64,000 nt of DNA from Mojavia pulchra JT2-VF2 (GCA_019359325.1 JAHHHN010000012.1:5995-69994); one strand, 5' to 3'. Numbered from the stretch's first letter, positions 10,513 to 22,072 are shown. Numbers and translations: made by a program. The notes: generated by a model from the letters alone, not told the origin.

Positions 10513-12006
10513 TCAGGTGCTAAAAACAACTTGCCCGTTGATTATTGCTATTAATTTGACTTTTAGTGGCCCCGCTGTATAAGTATCTTCTGCCGCGATC
10601 GCTTTGATTTCTATAAGTTGATCGGATTGCCTCAGTTGGGAAACAAAGCGAAGAAAAGTACCATCTATTTGCACATTTTCAATAATTCCAGCATTACGAG
10701 CGCGAAATTGGGAAGCAGAAATCAGCAGATCCAGTCGTTGCCGTAGTTGGTAAGATGTCATGGTTTTGGGATCGGCAGTAGTTGTAGCTAATACCTGTCC
10801 CCCTGAAAAGACTAGTTGATTTCGCGCTGTATCTGCAAAAAATTCTATCTGCTTTTCTCCCCTGACGTAATTACCAGCAGAGAAAATTCGCATCACGTAT
10901 TCTCGTCCATCATCAATCTGCTTGACTAATTGCTCAATTCTATCTTGGGTAATATGCAGCAACTCTAGATTATTTACGCTATTTTCCCCAGGTTCAGTTA
11001 ATTCGAGGTTAGCATTCCGGTTGGCTTCTTGTAGCAGTTGCATAACTGCCTGACGAGCCGCAGCAGCTTGGTTAACCTGAACAACAGCAGCAGCCAAAAC
11101 TTGACCGCGAACCAAGGCAAGCTTACCTAAACGCAGATCCCGGTACGACTGATAATATTTTTCCAGTCTCGCCACTTCTTGTTCTAGATAGTTCTGCTGC
11201 CTTTCCAATTCTCTAAGGCGAGATTCCCGTTTGGCAATTACTTGCTCCCTTGCTGCAACTTCGGCATTGCGCTTTTGAATTAGTTGATCGAGACTGGCAA
11301 TCTTTTGATCCCGTTGTTCAATAGCTTCTTGCCTGTTGGCTAATTCGCGATCGCGTTTTTCAATAGCTGTTTTGGCTTCATCAATGGCTTTTTTGGCTTC
11401 AGCGTACAGTCGTTGCCTTTCTGTTTTGAGTTGTTCAACTGCTGCCTGCAATGCCTTTCTTTGATCGTAAACGCTTTGAAGTTCAGCTATTGCTTTTTGA
11501 TATTGAGCTACAACTTGGTCTAATTCGCTTTGAGTGCGCTGGAGTTGAGCTTGCGTTTGGGCTTGTTGAGAAATAGTACGGTTGAGTTGGGCTTGCGTTG
11601 CCTGTTGTTTGGCATTAGCTGCTTGTAAAGACTGATTAATTGCCTGCAAGTCTCGTTGAGCTTTTACTTGCTCCTTTCTTGCTTGGTTAAGTTCACCCTC
11701 TACTTGGCTTTTCTGAGCTTCCGTGGTTTTTAGCTGTTCACGCTTGTTCCTGAGGTCTGTTTGAATATCTTCTAACTCAAAGACTCCCTTGCGTAACCCT
11801 TCGTCAGCAGCAAATAAAATTGCTAAAGTTGATGCCGAAATTAAAGTTCCAGTAAAAATCGTTACTAGTACAGCCGTATTTTTAGGGCGTAGCTTAAAGA
11901 GTGAGAGGCGCGCCTTGCCAACCCGTGTGCCGATACGATCACCCACGGTGGCAAGCATGCCTCCCAAAATTAAAATTGCTGCGATGAGGATGTACCCGGT
12001 GGTCAT
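10513..12006 (-). CDS. Membrane-anchored coiled-coil protein (N-terminal TM helix, long Q/A/E-rich coiled coil)
   Basis: Hydrophobic N-terminus MTTGYILIAAILILGGMLATV followed by ~300 aa of heptad-like QAQL repeats. Confidence 0.5.
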   Translation of the reverse strand: MTTGYILIAAILILGGMLATVGDRIGTRVGKARLSLFKLRPKNTAVLVTIFTGTLISASTLAILFAADEGLRKGVFELEDIQTDLRNKREQLKTTEAQKSQVEGELNQARKEQVKAQRDLQAINQSLQAANAKQQATQAQLNRTISQQAQTQAQLQRTQSELDQVVAQYQKAIAELQSVYDQRKALQAAVEQLKTERQRLYAEAKKAIDEAKTAIEKRDRELANRQEAIEQRDQKIASLDQLIQKRNAEVAAREQVIAKRESRLRELERQQNYLEQEVARLEKYYQSYRDLRLGKLALVRGQVLAAAVVQVNQAAAARQAVMQLLQEANRNANLELTEPGENSVNNLELLHITQDRIEQLVKQIDDGREYVMRIFSAGNYVRGEKQIEFFADTARNQLVFSGGQVLATTTADPKTMTSYQLRQRLDLLISASQFRARNAGIIENVQIDGTFLRFVSQLRQSDQLIEIKAIAAEDTYTAGPLKVKLIAIINGQVVFST

Positions 12007-12174
12007 CTTCAGCTACCGAAATGCTTCCAGATACAGCCTACTACTTTCAACCATTTTTTGTGGGGGACGAGGGATTGGCAATAGCCGAATTTACTCAATT
12101 TTTTAGATTTACCTCCATGTTAGTGCCATTTCTAAAAACACAATACGTGTCACCTCTGCTTCCCCCAATTGCTT

Positions 12175-12846
12175 TTAAGTGAATTGCCTACTTAAAGTAA
12201 CAGGTTTATGCACAGTAATCTTCTTTTTGTGGATGGAAATCATCTTTTTTTCTCGCAAATCTCCAAGTAACCTGGTGACGGTAACGCGAGTAGAACCGAT
12301 TGCTTCAGCGATCGCCTGATGAGATAGCTTCAAATCAATTGTGATCCCATCAGCGCAAGGAACCCCAAAATCACGGCAGAGAATTAACAAAAAACTCACT
12401 AACCTGGAACCCATATCTCGGTGAGCGAGAGTTTCAATCATCATCTCTGTTTGTAAAATTCGCGAAGACAAACCTCGCAGCATCAACATTGATAATTCTG
12501 GATTTTCCTTGAGTGCTTGCTCCACCTGTTCAATTGGAGCTGACAGTAATTCTACAGGCGTAAATGCAACGGCATGGTAAAACCGATCCGACTTGTTTCC
12601 CGTTAGCAGCGACAACACACCAAAAACGCTATTTTCCCGCAGCAGTGCTACTGTTATTTCTTCTCCTGCCTCGTACACCCTGGAAAGTTTAACAGCACCT
12701 TTCAAAAGAAAATAAACTCGTTCAGCAGGATCGCCAGGAAAAAAGATCGTTTTATTTCGTTCAAACGTTTCCACAACCGGCGGAAAAGCTCCGGTTGCCA
12801 TTTGACGGAAAACATTTGCTAGGGCTTTATCTTGTGTCACGATCAT
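12175..12846 (-). CDS. ntcA: Global nitrogen regulator NtcA (CRP/FNR family)
   Basis: Sequence [72 protein letters not shown]... is the NtcA protein as I recall it from Anabaena; C-terminal [20 protein letters not shown]; start moved to MIVTQDK inside track ORF. Confidence 0.93.
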
Positions 12847-12934
12847 CTCCCTTCCCCTACCCAATGCCGGAAAAACAAAAACTGATTACCTAAGAATACA
12901 CCTGAAAAATCAATAAAGCACCGTCAACCTTTCT

Positions 12935-12948
12935 GTACTTTCCTATAC
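12935..12948. promoter_or_regulatory. Candidate NtcA box GTA-N8-TAC (GTACTTTCCTATAC) ~90 bp upstream of ntcA, consistent with autoregulation
   Basis: Consensus read directly; a -10-like TAN3T would need mapping. Confidence 0.4.
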
Positions 12949-13224
12949 TCAAAATTAATGCTTTATAGTTATTTGTTTATAATGATACATAATTTTTGAT
13001 ATTTTTAGTGATTAATCCTTGAATATGGCTTAAATTAGCTGTATTAAAAAGGTTTTTTAAAGACAAAATCAAGATAAATTGAGAATATATAAAGGATTAA
13101 TCAGTAATTTTATTGTATTAAACTGTCTTACCAATAATCATTTTTACAAATCCTGTAAAAAACAAAGACAAACTAGCCTCAGATTCTAGTATGCTCCTAA
13201 TGATTGTTCACATTAACAATTGCT

Positions 13225-14001
13225 ATGCTAAATCTGACTGGAAAAAATGCCCTTGTCACAGGTATTGCAAATAACCGCTCGATCGCCTGGGGGATCGCTC
13301 AACAACTACACAAAGCCGGAGCTAACTTAGGTATTACCTACTTGCCAGATGAACGAGGCAAGATGGAGAAAAAAGTTGCTGAATTGGTAGAACCCCTTAA
13401 CCCCAGCTTATTTCTTCCCTGTGATGTCCAAAACGACGAACAAATTCAATCTACTTTTGAAACAATCCGCAATAAGTGGGAAAAACTAGATATCCTCGTC
13501 CACTGTCTGGCCTTTGCCAATAAAGATGATTTAAGTGGTGATTTTAGCCAAACATCACGCGCTGGCTTTAACACGGCGCTACAAATTAGCACATACTCAC
13601 TGGTGCAATTGAGTGGTGCAGCTAAACCTTTGATGACAGAAGGAGGAAGTATCCTCACCCTCAGCTATTTAGGCAGCGTCAGGGCAATTCCTAACTATAA
13701 CGTCATGGGTGTTGCTAAGGCAGGATTGGAAGCAAGTGTACGTTACTTAGCTGCTGAAATGGGGCCACAAAATATCCGAGTCAATGCCATCTCCGCCGGG
13801 CCAATCCGTACTTTGGCATCAAGCGCGGTAGGAGGAATTTTAGATATGATTCATCATGTCGAGCAAGTTGCGCCCCTGCGACGCACAGTAACTCAATTAG
13901 AAGTAGGCAATACTGCGGCTTTTTTATGTAGTGACCTGTCCAGTGGTATTACAGGACAAGTCCTATATGTGGATGCAGGATATGAAATCATGGGAATGTA
14001 A
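13225..14001 (+). CDS. fabI: Enoyl-[acyl-carrier-protein] reductase (NADH)
   Basis: LTGKNALVTGIANNRSIAWGIA NAD-binding N-terminus and SDR catalytic Y..K region; start set at MLNLTGKN. Confidence 0.9.
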   Translation: MLNLTGKNALVTGIANNRSIAWGIAQQLHKAGANLGITYLPDERGKMEKKVAELVEPLNPSLFLPCDVQNDEQIQSTFETIRNKWEKLDILVHCLAFANKDDLSGDFSQTSRAGFNTALQISTYSLVQLSGAAKPLMTEGGSILTLSYLGSVRAIPNYNVMGVAKAGLEASVRYLAAEMGPQNIRVNAISAGPIRTLASSAVGGILDMIHHVEQVAPLRRTVTQLEVGNTAAFLCSDLSSGITGQVLYVDAGYEIMGM

Positions 14002-14128
14002 GGAAATTGGGGATTGGGGATTGGGTATTGGGAAGAAGAGGCAGAAAAGAGGAAATGACTGTGAGTTATCCCTGCACTCTTTCCTAGTCCCCAGTCCCTA
14101 GTCTCTAGTCCCTAGCCCCTAGTATCCA
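14002..14128. repeat. STRR-type heptamer repeat cluster (ggggattgg x3 ... ccctagtcc x5) between fabI and hisB
   Basis: Direct reading; CCCCAAT/CCCCAGT-like heptamers typical of heterocystous cyanobacteria. Confidence 0.7.
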
Positions 14129-14134
14129 TTAACT

Positions 14135-14776
14135 ATGCAAATCAGCGATTACCAAATTAATTCACACCACAACCAGTCAATTCCAAACCTGCGGATTGCC
14201 ACTGTCCATCGCACTACCGGCGAAACCGATATACAAGTCACTATCAACCTCGATGGTACAGGGATTTGTAAGGCTGCAACAGGCATTCCATTTTTGGATC
14301 ATATGCTGCATCAAATTGCTTCCCACGGGCTGATTGACTTGGATGTCCAAGCACAGGGAGACTGGGAAATTGATGACCACCACACCAACGAAGATGTGGG
14401 TATTACTTTAGGGCAGGCTTTTAGTAAAGCTCTAGGTGATAGGAAGGGTATTAATCGCTTTGGGAATTTCCTCGCGCCGCTGGATGAGGCATTAGTTCAG
14501 GTAGCACTGGACTTTTCTGGTCGCCCCCACCTCAGTTACGGTTTAGAGATCCCTACACAGCGGGTAGGAAACTATGATACCCAACTGGTACGCGAATTTT
14601 TTGTAGCATTAGTGAACCACAGCCAAATGACATTGCACATTCGTCAGTTAGATGGTATAAATTCCCATCACATCATTGAAGCAACATTTAAGGCGTTTGC
14701 CAGAGCAATGCGGATAGCGGTGGAGATAGACCCCCGTCGTGCTGGCATGATTCCTAGTTCTAAGGGAGTTTTGTAA
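14135..14776 (+). CDS. hisB: Imidazoleglycerol-phosphate dehydratase
   Basis: [24 protein letters not shown] and [10 protein letters not shown] motifs of IGPD. Confidence 0.9.
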   Translation: MQISDYQINSHHNQSIPNLRIATVHRTTGETDIQVTINLDGTGICKAATGIPFLDHMLHQIASHGLIDLDVQAQGDWEIDDHHTNEDVGITLGQAFSKALGDRKGINRFGNFLAPLDEALVQVALDFSGRPHLSYGLEIPTQRVGNYDTQLVREFFVALVNHSQMTLHIRQLDGINSHHIIEATFKAFARAMRIAVEIDPRRAGMIPSSKGVL

Positions 14777-14933
14777 AGTCATTGTGTGTATCAATTAGCT
14801 ACCCAGTTGCCGATAATTGCCACACTTAGTTGTGTTTGTTATTGCTATCAACTGGGTAACCTGTATTTAATACCGAGTTACAGCTAAGTGTGACTTTGGT
14901 AGTTAGTAATTGCTAATTGATAATTAAACCAAG

Positions 14934-15917
14934 ATGAAGTCTGTTGCAGACGCGCCCGATGCTCTACTGAATACTAGAGACACTCCGCCAGTAGTCCTAA
15001 CTTCTGAGTTGCGGAAAGTTTATCGAACTGGCTTTTGGCTGAATCAAAAAGTTCTGTCTCTTAAAAGCTGTTCTTTAACCGTTTACCAAGGGGAAACTTT
15101 TGGGTTGCTAGGCCCGAATGGTGCTGGTAAAACCACGCTTTTAAAACTATTGCTGGGAATCATTCGCCCTAGTTCTGGGCGAGGATTATTATTAGGTAAA
15201 CCATTAGGCGATCGCAGTGTCAAACAATGCATCGGCTACCTACCAGAAAATCCGTATTTATATGAATATCTCACCGGTTGGGAATTTTTGCAGCTAGCCG
15301 CTGGACTATTCCAAATTCCCCACAGGGTACAACGCCAACGCATTCCCCAACTTCTGGAATTAGTTGGTTTATCCTCGTTCGATACCCGTAAAAAGCAGAT
15401 GCGGCGATACTCTAAAGGTATGCTACAACGTGTCGGTATGGCACAGGCGCTAATTAACGATCCAGAATTGGTATTTCTAGATGAACCAATGTCTGGTTTA
15501 GATCCTGTGGGACGCTACCAAATGCGGGAAATTATCCTAAAGCTAAAAGCAGCAGGTAAAACAATTTTTTTCAATAGTCATATTCTCAGTGAAGTTGAGC
15601 AAGTTTGCGATCGCGTTGCTATCCTTGCTCAAGGTGAATTAATTTGTACTGGTTCCCTCAACGAACTCTTAGGAAGCTCTGGCACATATCATGTTAAAGG
15701 TCAAGGTGGTGACGGCGAAATTCTCAAACAATGGTTACCCAGTTTAGTTTTTAACTCTGATGGTTCTTGGCAAGGTACATTACAAGATGATTACTATGAT
15801 TTTTTATCAAGTCTTCGCCTAATGGGAGGGCAAATTATTACTATGAACTTGTCCCGTACCTCTCTAGAAGAGTTTTTTATCCAACAGATCCAACAAAAAA
15901 ATAATTCACTTCACTAG
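14934..15917 (+). CDS. ABC transporter ATP-binding protein
   Basis: Walker A GPNGAGKTT, signature YSKGMLQRVGMAQAL, Walker B LVFLDEPMSGLD. Confidence 0.9.
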   Translation: MKSVADAPDALLNTRDTPPVVLTSELRKVYRTGFWLNQKVLSLKSCSLTVYQGETFGLLGPNGAGKTTLLKLLLGIIRPSSGRGLLLGKPLGDRSVKQCIGYLPENPYLYEYLTGWEFLQLAAGLFQIPHRVQRQRIPQLLELVGLSSFDTRKKQMRRYSKGMLQRVGMAQALINDPELVFLDEPMSGLDPVGRYQMREIILKLKAAGKTIFFNSHILSEVEQVCDRVAILAQGELICTGSLNELLGSSGTYHVKGQGGDGEILKQWLPSLVFNSDGSWQGTLQDDYYDFLSSLRLMGGQIITMNLSRTSLEEFFIQQIQQKNNSLH

Positions 15918-16394
15918 TACAGCACGGCGTAAATAAACCACCTATTGTAAATGTCTGAAAACCTTGCGAAAAGCTAATTACCAATTCCGCGCAGCGGTAC
16001 TAGTTTAGTTACCGAAGAGCTTTGCAACTCAAAATATACCTAATTATGTTGAAGTAGTGGCCAAGAAGTACAGATTATTTCCGGTTCTACTTCTGCGACT
16101 ATTTTTTGCGATAATATTATCTAGAAAAATGATATTTAAGCTCATATTCCTTGATCCTCTAGCAAAAAATGTAAGTATAATCACAATGAACTTTGTAATC
16201 TTCTTGTATCGAAGCGGATTAAGCTTTAAATTAACTTTACTAAAATTTCAAATTCCATCAATAAATACTCCTCCGGAAAATCAAGTTTTTCTAAGAAAAT
16301 AAGAATGTTGGGAAACTTAAATAATTCCGTATAGTCAAGATTAGAATGTTTAGACAGTACTTTAGCAATCATAGTTTAAGAGCTTTGGGTAAAT

Positions 16395-17867
16395 ATGCTT
16401 AATATAGGTTTGCTGAAATTCCTTACCCAATCAACCATGGGTGTGGCTTTGTTAACGGCTGTCAATCTCGCTGTGCCATCTGCTGGCTCTGCTCAACCAG
16501 GATCACCTAATAGAACTCCAGTATCGCCTACTACTCAGATAGCCCCAGCTACTACATCAATAGATACAAATTATGCATTAGGCGGCGGCGATCTTATACG
16601 TGTAAATGTATTTGAAGTGCCGGAATATACGGGAGAATACCAAATTCCCCCTGGTGGCTCGATCAATCTACCTTTAATCGGTAGCATATCAGTTCTGGGG
16701 CTAACAACCGAACAAGCTGCTGACGAAATTGCTCAAAGATACTCTCGCTTTTTAAAACGTCCGTTGATTTCAGTGAACCTTTTATCACCTCGTCCGATTA
16801 ATATTTTTGTTGCAGGTGAAGTGACACGTCCAGGGGCTTACACTCTAAGCTTGCAAGGAGGCGCTGGAAACAATCCAGGTGTACAATACCCGACTGTATT
16901 GGCAGCACTAACAACAGCTCAAGGTGTGACCTTGGCAGCAGATGTTACCCAAGTTCAATTACGCCGTAAACTTGGACGTAGCGGTGAGCAAACGGTCTCA
17001 CTTAATTTGAAGGAACTCATCCAAACAGGTAGGATAGGGCAGGATATTACCTTAAGAGATGGCGATACCATTGTTGTGCCGACTGCAACTAACTTCAACG
17101 TCGCAGAAGCACGGAATTTGTTTGCAGCTAACTTTGCCGCCGATCCTAGCAGACCCCGTACAGTAGCAGTAATTGGTGAAGTAAACCGTCCAGGTTCATA
17201 TCTTGTTACCTCAGGAGCAACGACTGGACAAGACGGGGGAGCTGCCGGCAGCGGTTTGCCAACTCTAACGCGGGCAATTCAATTAGCTGGTGGGATTACG
17301 CCACAAGCCGATATTCGTAGTCTCAAGCTTCGCCGCCCTACAAGAGTTGGTTCAGAACAAGCTATAGATATTAATCTCTGGCAACTCTTACAAAGTGGTG
17401 ATGTTAACCAAGACGTGATTGTGCAAGACGGAGATACGATTGTAATTCCGACTGCAACTGAGATTAACCCAGCAGAAGCTACTCAATTAGCTACGACTAC
17501 TTTATCTCCCTCAAGAATCCAAGTTGGTGTAGTCGGGGAAGTTAAAAGGCCAGGAACTGTAGAAATTCAACCAAATAGTTCATTAAACCAAGCATTACTA
17601 GCTGCTGGCGGATTTAATGATGCTAGAGCTAAAAGTGGTGCAGTAGATTTGATTCGTCTTAACCCCAATGGTTCTGTAACTAAACGTGTAGTGCAAGTTG
17701 ACTTCTCCAAAGGAATCAACGAGCAAACCAATCCTATACTCCGCAATAATGATGTGGTGGTAGTCAGCCGCAATGGTACAGCTAGAACTGGTGATACCCT
17801 CGGTGTTCTGTTCAATCCTATAGGCTCGATCTTAGGTATTCTCAGAACTTTATTCACCGGATTTTAG
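16395..17867 (+). CDS. Polysaccharide export protein (Wza/KpsD-like, repeated SLBB-type domains) with signal peptide
   Basis: Repeated DGDTIVVPTAT / GEVNRPGSY motifs characteristic of polysaccharide export outer membrane proteins. Confidence 0.7.
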   Translation: MLNIGLLKFLTQSTMGVALLTAVNLAVPSAGSAQPGSPNRTPVSPTTQIAPATTSIDTNYALGGGDLIRVNVFEVPEYTGEYQIPPGGSINLPLIGSISVLGLTTEQAADEIAQRYSRFLKRPLISVNLLSPRPINIFVAGEVTRPGAYTLSLQGGAGNNPGVQYPTVLAALTTAQGVTLAADVTQVQLRRKLGRSGEQTVSLNLKELIQTGRIGQDITLRDGDTIVVPTATNFNVAEARNLFAANFAADPSRPRTVAVIGEVNRPGSYLVTSGATTGQDGGAAGSGLPTLTRAIQLAGGITPQADIRSLKLRRPTRVGSEQAIDINLWQLLQSGDVNQDVIVQDGDTIVIPTATEINPAEATQLATTTLSPSRIQVGVVGEVKRPGTVEIQPNSSLNQALLAAGGFNDARAKSGAVDLIRLNPNGSVTKRVVQVDFSKGINEQTNPILRNNDVVVVSRNGTARTGDTLGVLFNPIGSILGILRTLFTGF

Positions 17868-17978
17868 ATGTGACTATAAGCTGGGGGCACTGTTAATCAT
17901 TTCTGTCCCCAGACTGCAACAAAACCGGATATTGGCCAGTCAACGTTATGAGTTATGAACTACTGTAACTAATAACTA

Positions 17979-19631
17979 ATGGCTAAGATGCAATTTCGGT
18001 TTGGCAAGCAGCAGCGTAAAATTTCCTGGGTGCAAGGGTTACTATGCGGCATGACCATTGCTTTAAGTTGGGCTGGACAAATACCCGCAACTTTAGCAGC
18101 AGAAAAGGTTACTATCCGCTTAGGCCCATTTCAGCAGTCGCTAGCGATCGCTGACTTAGAAAAATTTGCTAAAACAGGGAAACTACCAGAAAATCTGGAA
18201 ATTTTTGGCTCTTTGTTAACTCCCCAAGTGCGAGAATTACTGAATCGGCGTTTACAAGTAGATCCAGCTTTTGCAGATAAATTCATTGACGAATTAGTGC
18301 GATCGCCACAAGGCAAACAATTAGTCGCATCATTAGGAGCGGCAATACCAGGTAGTACAGTAGACAGCCTCCAGGCAGCACTTAACCTCTCGCTACGACA
18401 AATTAACGGTTTGAGTGTTGTTGGCTTTTTGCAAGCCTACCCAGAGGAAAATGTCACCGTAGACGCAACTAAAGCGGTTCAACTCGCCGTAGAATTCAAC
18501 GGCAACTACCTGCAAAGCCAAGCTCTTGGTACTCTACTTGAACGAGAGTTAGCTGTCAAAACTAATACATCCTTTCAGCCTCAATTCGATCCAGCTGCGA
18601 GCGGCAAAAACACAGTTCAACAGCAAACACTTATCCTAAGAGACCAACAACGGAAACGGATTATTCCTGTAGACATTTATTCGAGTCGTGGTGACACACA
18701 AGCACCACTTGTTGTTATTTCCCACGGACTTGGTGCCAACCGCAGATTTTTTAGCTATTTAGCGCGTCATTTAGCTTCTCACGGCATCACTGTTGCTGCA
18801 ATTGAACATCCAGATAGCAATATTAACGCCAACATTACAGCCTCAGAACCAGTTAATTTGGCGAAACTGCTTCCGGCTACCGAATTTATTGAACGGCCAA
18901 AAGATATCAGCTTTTTGCTTAATGAACTAGCGAAACTGAACACCCAATCAGGGCAACTTCAGGGAAAATTTAACACTGAGAAAGTAACTGTTATTGGTCA
19001 TTCCTTGGGTGGTTATACAGCCTTGGCTTTAGCCGGTGCAGAGGTAAACTTAGAGGAATTACGACAATTCTGTCAAACTTCTCTTTCTTTTAACGAAGCG
19101 CCTGGCGATTGGTTGCAGTGTGCAGCCGCTCCTTTAAAAGAGAAGAAACTACAGTTACAAGATGAGCGGGTTAAGAGTGCGATCGCCTTCAATCCTGTGG
19201 TTGGCAAACTCTTCGGTAAAAATGGCCTAGCTCAAGTTACTAACCCAACATTAATATTAAGCGCAACCGAAGACGCTTTAACTCCAGCCTTGAAGCATCA
19301 AATAGCCCCTTTCGCCCAACTGCAAGGCCCAAAGTATTTGATTACTGCCATTGGTGGTACTCACTTGAGTATTAGCGATCCCGCCTATTCTGGAAGTGCA
19401 GCCACTACTCTTATTAAAGAAAAGCGAGGCGAAGAAACTAATTCTTTACGCCAATTGATTCGTGGTGTCACATTAGCATTTACTAAACAACTAACACCAG
19501 AAGCAGGCATTTACCAACCATTTCTGACATCAGACTACGCTCAATCTCTTTCTACGCCTCAATTACCTTTACGGCTTAATTCTGATTTGCCAGGAAGTAT
19601 AAAACCTTGGCTGGGTTTGGTAATTGACTAA
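17979..19631 (+). CDS. Secreted alpha/beta-hydrolase fold protein (lipase-like GHSLGG nucleophile elbow)
   Basis: Signal-like N-terminus, VIGHSLGGYTALALAG motif. Confidence 0.65.
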   Translation: MAKMQFRFGKQQRKISWVQGLLCGMTIALSWAGQIPATLAAEKVTIRLGPFQQSLAIADLEKFAKTGKLPENLEIFGSLLTPQVRELLNRRLQVDPAFADKFIDELVRSPQGKQLVASLGAAIPGSTVDSLQAALNLSLRQINGLSVVGFLQAYPEENVTVDATKAVQLAVEFNGNYLQSQALGTLLERELAVKTNTSFQPQFDPAASGKNTVQQQTLILRDQQRKRIIPVDIYSSRGDTQAPLVVISHGLGANRRFFSYLARHLASHGITVAAIEHPDSNINANITASEPVNLAKLLPATEFIERPKDISFLLNELAKLNTQSGQLQGKFNTEKVTVIGHSLGGYTALALAGAEVNLEELRQFCQTSLSFNEAPGDWLQCAAAPLKEKKLQLQDERVKSAIAFNPVVGKLFGKNGLAQVTNPTLILSATEDALTPALKHQIAPFAQLQGPKYLITAIGGTHLSISDPAYSGSAATTLIKEKRGEETNSLRQLIRGVTLAFTKQLTPEAGIYQPFLTSDYAQSLSTPQLPLRLNSDLPGSIKPWLGLVID

Positions 19632-20281
19632 AATGTACGCCTTATGTGAGTTAAAAATTCCCCAGCAATATCAAAGGTTTTAGCCTTCGCTTTAATTGTA
19701 AGCTCTAGCTCTATGAACGAGACTGTGTTCTTTCAGCCTCAACTCACATAAGTCGTATAGTATAAATAAATGCAAGCAATATATAGTTTAGCCAAGTAAA
19801 GCAACCTGTACCACAGTAATACACATAATCTTAAAAATCTATAGATAAGTACGAGTACTTTTGTGCATTGTGCTTGAAAAGTATTATTTATAAAATCCGA
19901 AGTAGCGATCGCACGCTGCCACACTTGCCAAAATAGTACAAAAGTAATGTGCAAAGCCTCAACTGGCTTGCAACCCAAACAAGCATTATGATTGGGGGAG
20001 TCTGTTATTCTACCTAAAGTTAAGTAGGCAATGTGAGTAAAGTTAATTACGAAAGTAGACCTTGCAAGTAAGTAATCAAGGTGCTTTAATAACGATTGCA
20101 TTCTCACAAACTGCCTTACCTACACAAGAACGCACAAGTCGCGTTGGACTTGTAACTTGATGTTGCTGGTGTTCATAAAATTACAAACTCAAAACATTAG
20201 ACTTATAGTTAGGACATAGTTAGGACAAGGTAGTACCATGTCCATTAAACTAAATTCCCCAAAAGTTAAATAGGAGCATAT

Positions 20282-21124
20282 ATGGAGCCAATCATTGCTA
20301 TAGTCTTAGCGCTTATAGGTTATGCCTTAGGATCTGCAAAACTGATTAATCAAGGCAATGTAGCTCTAGTAGAAAGATTAGGGCGGTATCATCGAAAACT
20401 TAATCCCGGACTAAACTTCATTGTGCCCTTGGTCGATCAAATTGTGATGGAAGATACCACACGAGAGCAGATTTTAGATATCAAGCCTCAGAAGGTAATC
20501 ACTAAAGATAACGTTTACTTAGAGGTTGATGGTGTTGTCACCTGGCAAATTATTAGCATGGAGGACACCTTCTATAAGGTTGACGATATGCAAGTGGCTC
20601 TAGCTAACCTCGTAACAGTTGAACTCCGTGCCCACATTGCTGAGAGAACATTATCGGAAACCATTTCTGCCAGAAATCAAATGAACCAATCACTGTTGCA
20701 GATTGTAAATGACACCAGTAAAAAATGGGGAGTGAACATTATTCGGATAGATATTCAAAGCATCACACCCCCAGAGAGTGTTCAAAGATCAATGGCAGAA
20801 CAACAAGCTGCTGAAATTAGAAAGCAAGCAGCTATTACAGAAGCAGAAGGAGAACGACAAGCTGCAATTAAGAGAGCCGAAGCAACTAAAGAGTCAATTC
20901 GGATACTTTCGGAAGCTGTCACTGCTAGACCAGAAACTAGAGAAATTCTCAGGTATCTGGTAGCGCAAGAACAAGTAGAAGCAAGCCATAAACTTGGTGC
21001 TAGTTCCAATGCCAAAATAGTCTTTCTCAACCCAAGCATATCAGATGGAGCGCTAGATCAAATGCTGGGTGACGCTGTAAGTAGTGAAACTAATGGCAAT
21101 AGTTCTGAGAATGGAACTGTATAG
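20282..21124 (+). CDS. SPFH/band-7 (stomatin/HflC-like) domain protein
   Basis: N-terminal TM then band-7 core and AEQQAAEIRKQAAITEAEGERQAAIKRAEA coiled coil. Confidence 0.8.
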   Translation: MEPIIAIVLALIGYALGSAKLINQGNVALVERLGRYHRKLNPGLNFIVPLVDQIVMEDTTREQILDIKPQKVITKDNVYLEVDGVVTWQIISMEDTFYKVDDMQVALANLVTVELRAHIAERTLSETISARNQMNQSLLQIVNDTSKKWGVNIIRIDIQSITPPESVQRSMAEQQAAEIRKQAAITEAEGERQAAIKRAEATKESIRILSEAVTARPETREILRYLVAQEQVEASHKLGASSNAKIVFLNPSISDGALDQMLGDAVSSETNGNSSENGTV

Positions 21125-21126
21125 TC

Positions 21127-21972
21127 TTAACTATGCCGAAACAATGCATCAGCAACCAATGACACATCGCGCATTTCTTTAACATCATGAACCCGGAGGA
21201 TATCAGCGCCATTAAAAATGGCAGCACAACACGCCGCAGCTGTGCCCCAAACTCGTGCTTTCGGATCTGGCTGATTAAGAATCCTACCTATAAAACTTTT
21301 ACGGGATGCTCCTACTAAAATAGGACAGTTGAGCGCTTTGAATGACCGTAAGCGGCGAAGAATTTCTAAATTTTGCTCATGATTCTTAGCAAAGCCAATA
21401 CCAGGATCAATGATCATTTTCTGCTGTTCAATGCCCGCAGTAATTGCAGCTGCAATTTGCTTTGCTAAAAAACTATTAATCTCTGCTATTAAATCTTGAT
21501 AATCAGTTAGTTTTTGCATAGTCTGTGGGTTGCCTCGAATGTGCATCAACACAATAGGCACACTTAAATCGGCTACTGTTGGTAACATTTCGGAGTCAAA
21601 CGTACCACCAGAAATATCATTAATTAAATCCGCACCAGCAGCTACAGATGCCCTAGCCACAGATGCCCTAGTTGTATCTACAGAAATCGGTACTGAAATG
21701 TGTTGCCGTAGCTCCTGCACTACAGGTACCACTCGCTCCATTTCTTCTGCAAGAGTTATTTGCTCTGCGCCTGGTCGAGTTGATTGACCACCGACATCAA
21801 TAATGTCAGCACCAGATGCTACCAGTGCTTGCGCTTGTGCTACAGCAGCAGTAGTAGTACTAAACTCGCCACCATCACTAAAGCTATCAGGCGTCACATT
21901 CAACACGCCCATTAGATAAGTCTGCTTTCCCCATTGGAAACAGCGACCCCGAATTATCAACTCACTATGCAT
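21127..21972 (-). CDS. folP: Dihydropteroate synthase
   Basis: GVLNVTPDSFSDGG pterin-binding motif, 281 aa. Confidence 0.9.
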   Translation of the reverse strand: MHSELIIRGRCFQWGKQTYLMGVLNVTPDSFSDGGEFSTTTAAVAQAQALVASGADIIDVGGQSTRPGAEQITLAEEMERVVPVVQELRQHISVPISVDTTRASVARASVAAGADLINDISGGTFDSEMLPTVADLSVPIVLMHIRGNPQTMQKLTDYQDLIAEINSFLAKQIAAAITAGIEQQKMIIDPGIGFAKNHEQNLEILRRLRSFKALNCPILVGASRKSFIGRILNQPDPKARVWGTAAACCAAIFNGADILRVHDVKEMRDVSLVADALFRHS

Positions 21973-22072
21973 ATAATCTACCTTTTTGGACAGATAGGGA
22001 GATGGGGAGATGGGGAGATGGGGTAAACTTCCCCCTGCTCCTTGATCCTCTTGTTTCCCCTTGTCCCAAAAG

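Noticed and set aside
16057-16302. ORF 16057..16302 (81 aa)
   Set aside because: AT-rich, low-complexity, no motif; probably intergenic upstream of the polysaccharide export gene
19739-20107. ORF 19739..20107 (-, 122 aa)
   Set aside because: Translation is low-complexity (YIACIYLYYTTYVS) in an AT-rich intergenic region
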